A stretch of 64,000 nt of DNA from an uncultured bacterium. GTDB lineage: Bacteria; Bdellovibrionota_B; Oligoflexia; CAYFLR01. The notes beneath the pieces are model-generated. The model ran no database searches, was not told the origin of the DNA, and saw nothing but the letters and a program-made list of their open reading frames with translations. The DNA lies in contig CAYFLR010000002.1 of assembly GCA_964343805.1 (NCBI GenBank), forward strand, positions 48,175 through 112,174, written 5' to 3'. This document shows positions 63,250 to 64,000 of this stretch, in pieces (positions within the stretch are counted from its first letter, which is position 1; each line of letters starts with the position of its first letter). The position numbers and the translations under genes are program-made.

Positions 63250-64000
63250 ATGACAACTTATATAATTGCAGCAAAAAGAACACCAATTGGAAAATTTAAG
63301 GGAAAATTTGAGTCCGTATCCGCAACAAAATTAGGTGCAGTGGCCGTAGAGAGTGCGCTGGCCGCTTCAGGTGCTCCCAAAAAAGATGTGGAAGATGTGA
63401 TCATGGGCCATGTATTACCTGCGGGTCTGGGTCAAGCTCCTGCAAGACAAGCTGGTATTTATGGTGGAATTCCAGTGGAAGCCACATCAGGCACCGTCAA
63501 TAAGATGTGTGGATCTGGTTTGTATGCCACTATTTTACTTCATAACCAAATAGCTGCTGGACAAACTCAGCTGGGTATTTCTGGTGGTCAAGAAAACATG
63601 ACCAATACTCCCTATGTGCTTAAAAAAGCTCGTTGGGGATACCGCATGGGACATGGTGAGTTTTTAGATACTCTGCTCTGTGATGGACTTGTAGATGCTT
63701 ATGAGCACATGCATATGGGAGAGTGTGCTGAGCTTTGTGCTGAGAAGTATGGTTTTACTAAAGAGATGCAAGATGAATTTGCCATGACCAGTTATCATCG
63801 TTCTATGAAGGCCAATGAAACAGGCAGTTTCAAAAATGAAATGGCTCCAGTGGAAGTCACTATGAAAAGAGATAAGGTGGTTGTGGATCAAGATGAAGAG
63901 CCTTTTGCTGCTCCTTTGGAGAAACTTCCCAAACTTAGACCTGCTTTCAAAAAAGATGGCGGTACAATTACAGCTGGTAATGCCTCTAGCATTAATGATG
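63250..64000 (+). CDS. Acetyl-CoA acetyltransferase (thiolase), 3'-truncated by window edge
   Basis: RBS AGGAGG. The translation MTTYIIAAKRTPIGKFKGKF..VNKMCGSGL includes the thiolase active-site Cys motif. The frame is open to the window end and is absent from the ORF track. Confidence 0.88.
   Translation, partial: MTTYIIAAKRTPIGKFKGKFESVSATKLGAVAVESALAASGAPKKDVEDVIMGHVLPAGLGQAPARQAGIYGGIPVEATSGTVNKMCGSGLYATILLHNQIAAGQTQLGISGGQENMTNTPYVLKKARWGYRMGHGEFLDTLLCDGLVDAYEHMHMGECAELCAEKYGFTKEMQDEFAMTSYHRSMKANETGSFKNEMAPVEVTMKRDKVVVDQDEEPFAAPLEKLPKLRPAFKKDGGTITAGNASSIND

Noticed and set aside
1-64000. Search for mobile elements, prophage, defence systems, toxin-antitoxin pairs, CRISPR, rRNA and tRNA
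   Set aside because: I saw no integrase, transposase or recombinase motifs, no repeat-spacer arrays, no recognisable nuclease, ATPase or defence-gene signatures, and no rRNA- or tRNA-like sequence. The absence is by eye only and should be confirmed with dedicated tools.

Overview
AT-rich bacterial chromosomal window from a Gram-negative organism, shown by a TolC/MFP/RND efflux operon, many lipoboxes and an outer-membrane beta-barrel protein. The many secreted proteases, hydrolases and lipoproteins resemble Bdellovibrio-like predators, but that is inference only. I count about 55 protein-coding genes. I recognised no rRNA, tRNA, CRISPR array, transposase, integrase or known anti-phage defence gene.

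Layout:
- 1-8976: nucleotidase, CoA-transferase, acyl-CoA synthetase, lipoproteins, a papain-like (C1) peptidase and three small Cys-rich exported proteins.
- 9192-17091: a 616-aa unknown protein, the OMF-MFP-RND efflux operon and a CDGSH Fe-S protein.
- 17437-24364: a beta-lactamase-like lipoprotein, an OM barrel, a large unknown protein and a subtilase.
- 24644-38906: a redox/Fe-S themed stretch. It holds MBL-rhodanese, bcp, hcp behind a perfect FNR/CRP-type palindrome, a 1234-aa 7TMR-DISM sensor with two kinase cores, a GlgA-like lipoprotein, an M48 peptidase plus XRE regulator, a DUF1858-IscA fusion and proline dehydrogenase.
- 39587-41001: a GH13 gene.
- 42496-55695: a 13-kb two-component island with a sigma-54 activator, three stand-alone receivers, REC-HPt, four kinases and an orphan PotD-like binding protein.
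- 57110-64000: an acyl-CoA/lipid cluster with CoA-transferase, lipase-like hydrolase, TetR, alpha/beta hydrolase, a KAS III-like enzyme, FabG and thiolase.

Four genes are split by frameshifts, three of them at short homopolymers, so draft-quality sequence is a serious possibility.

I found no compelling complete novel system. The best candidates for follow-up are:
- the binding-protein-coupled multi-kinase island;
- the dual-kinase 7TMR-DISM sensor;
- the C1 peptidase with a ~210-aa insertion inside its catalytic triad;
- a ~130-bp imperfect inverted repeat;
- a 62-bp tandem repeat in non-coding DNA.

All homology calls are by eye from motifs and were not searched.
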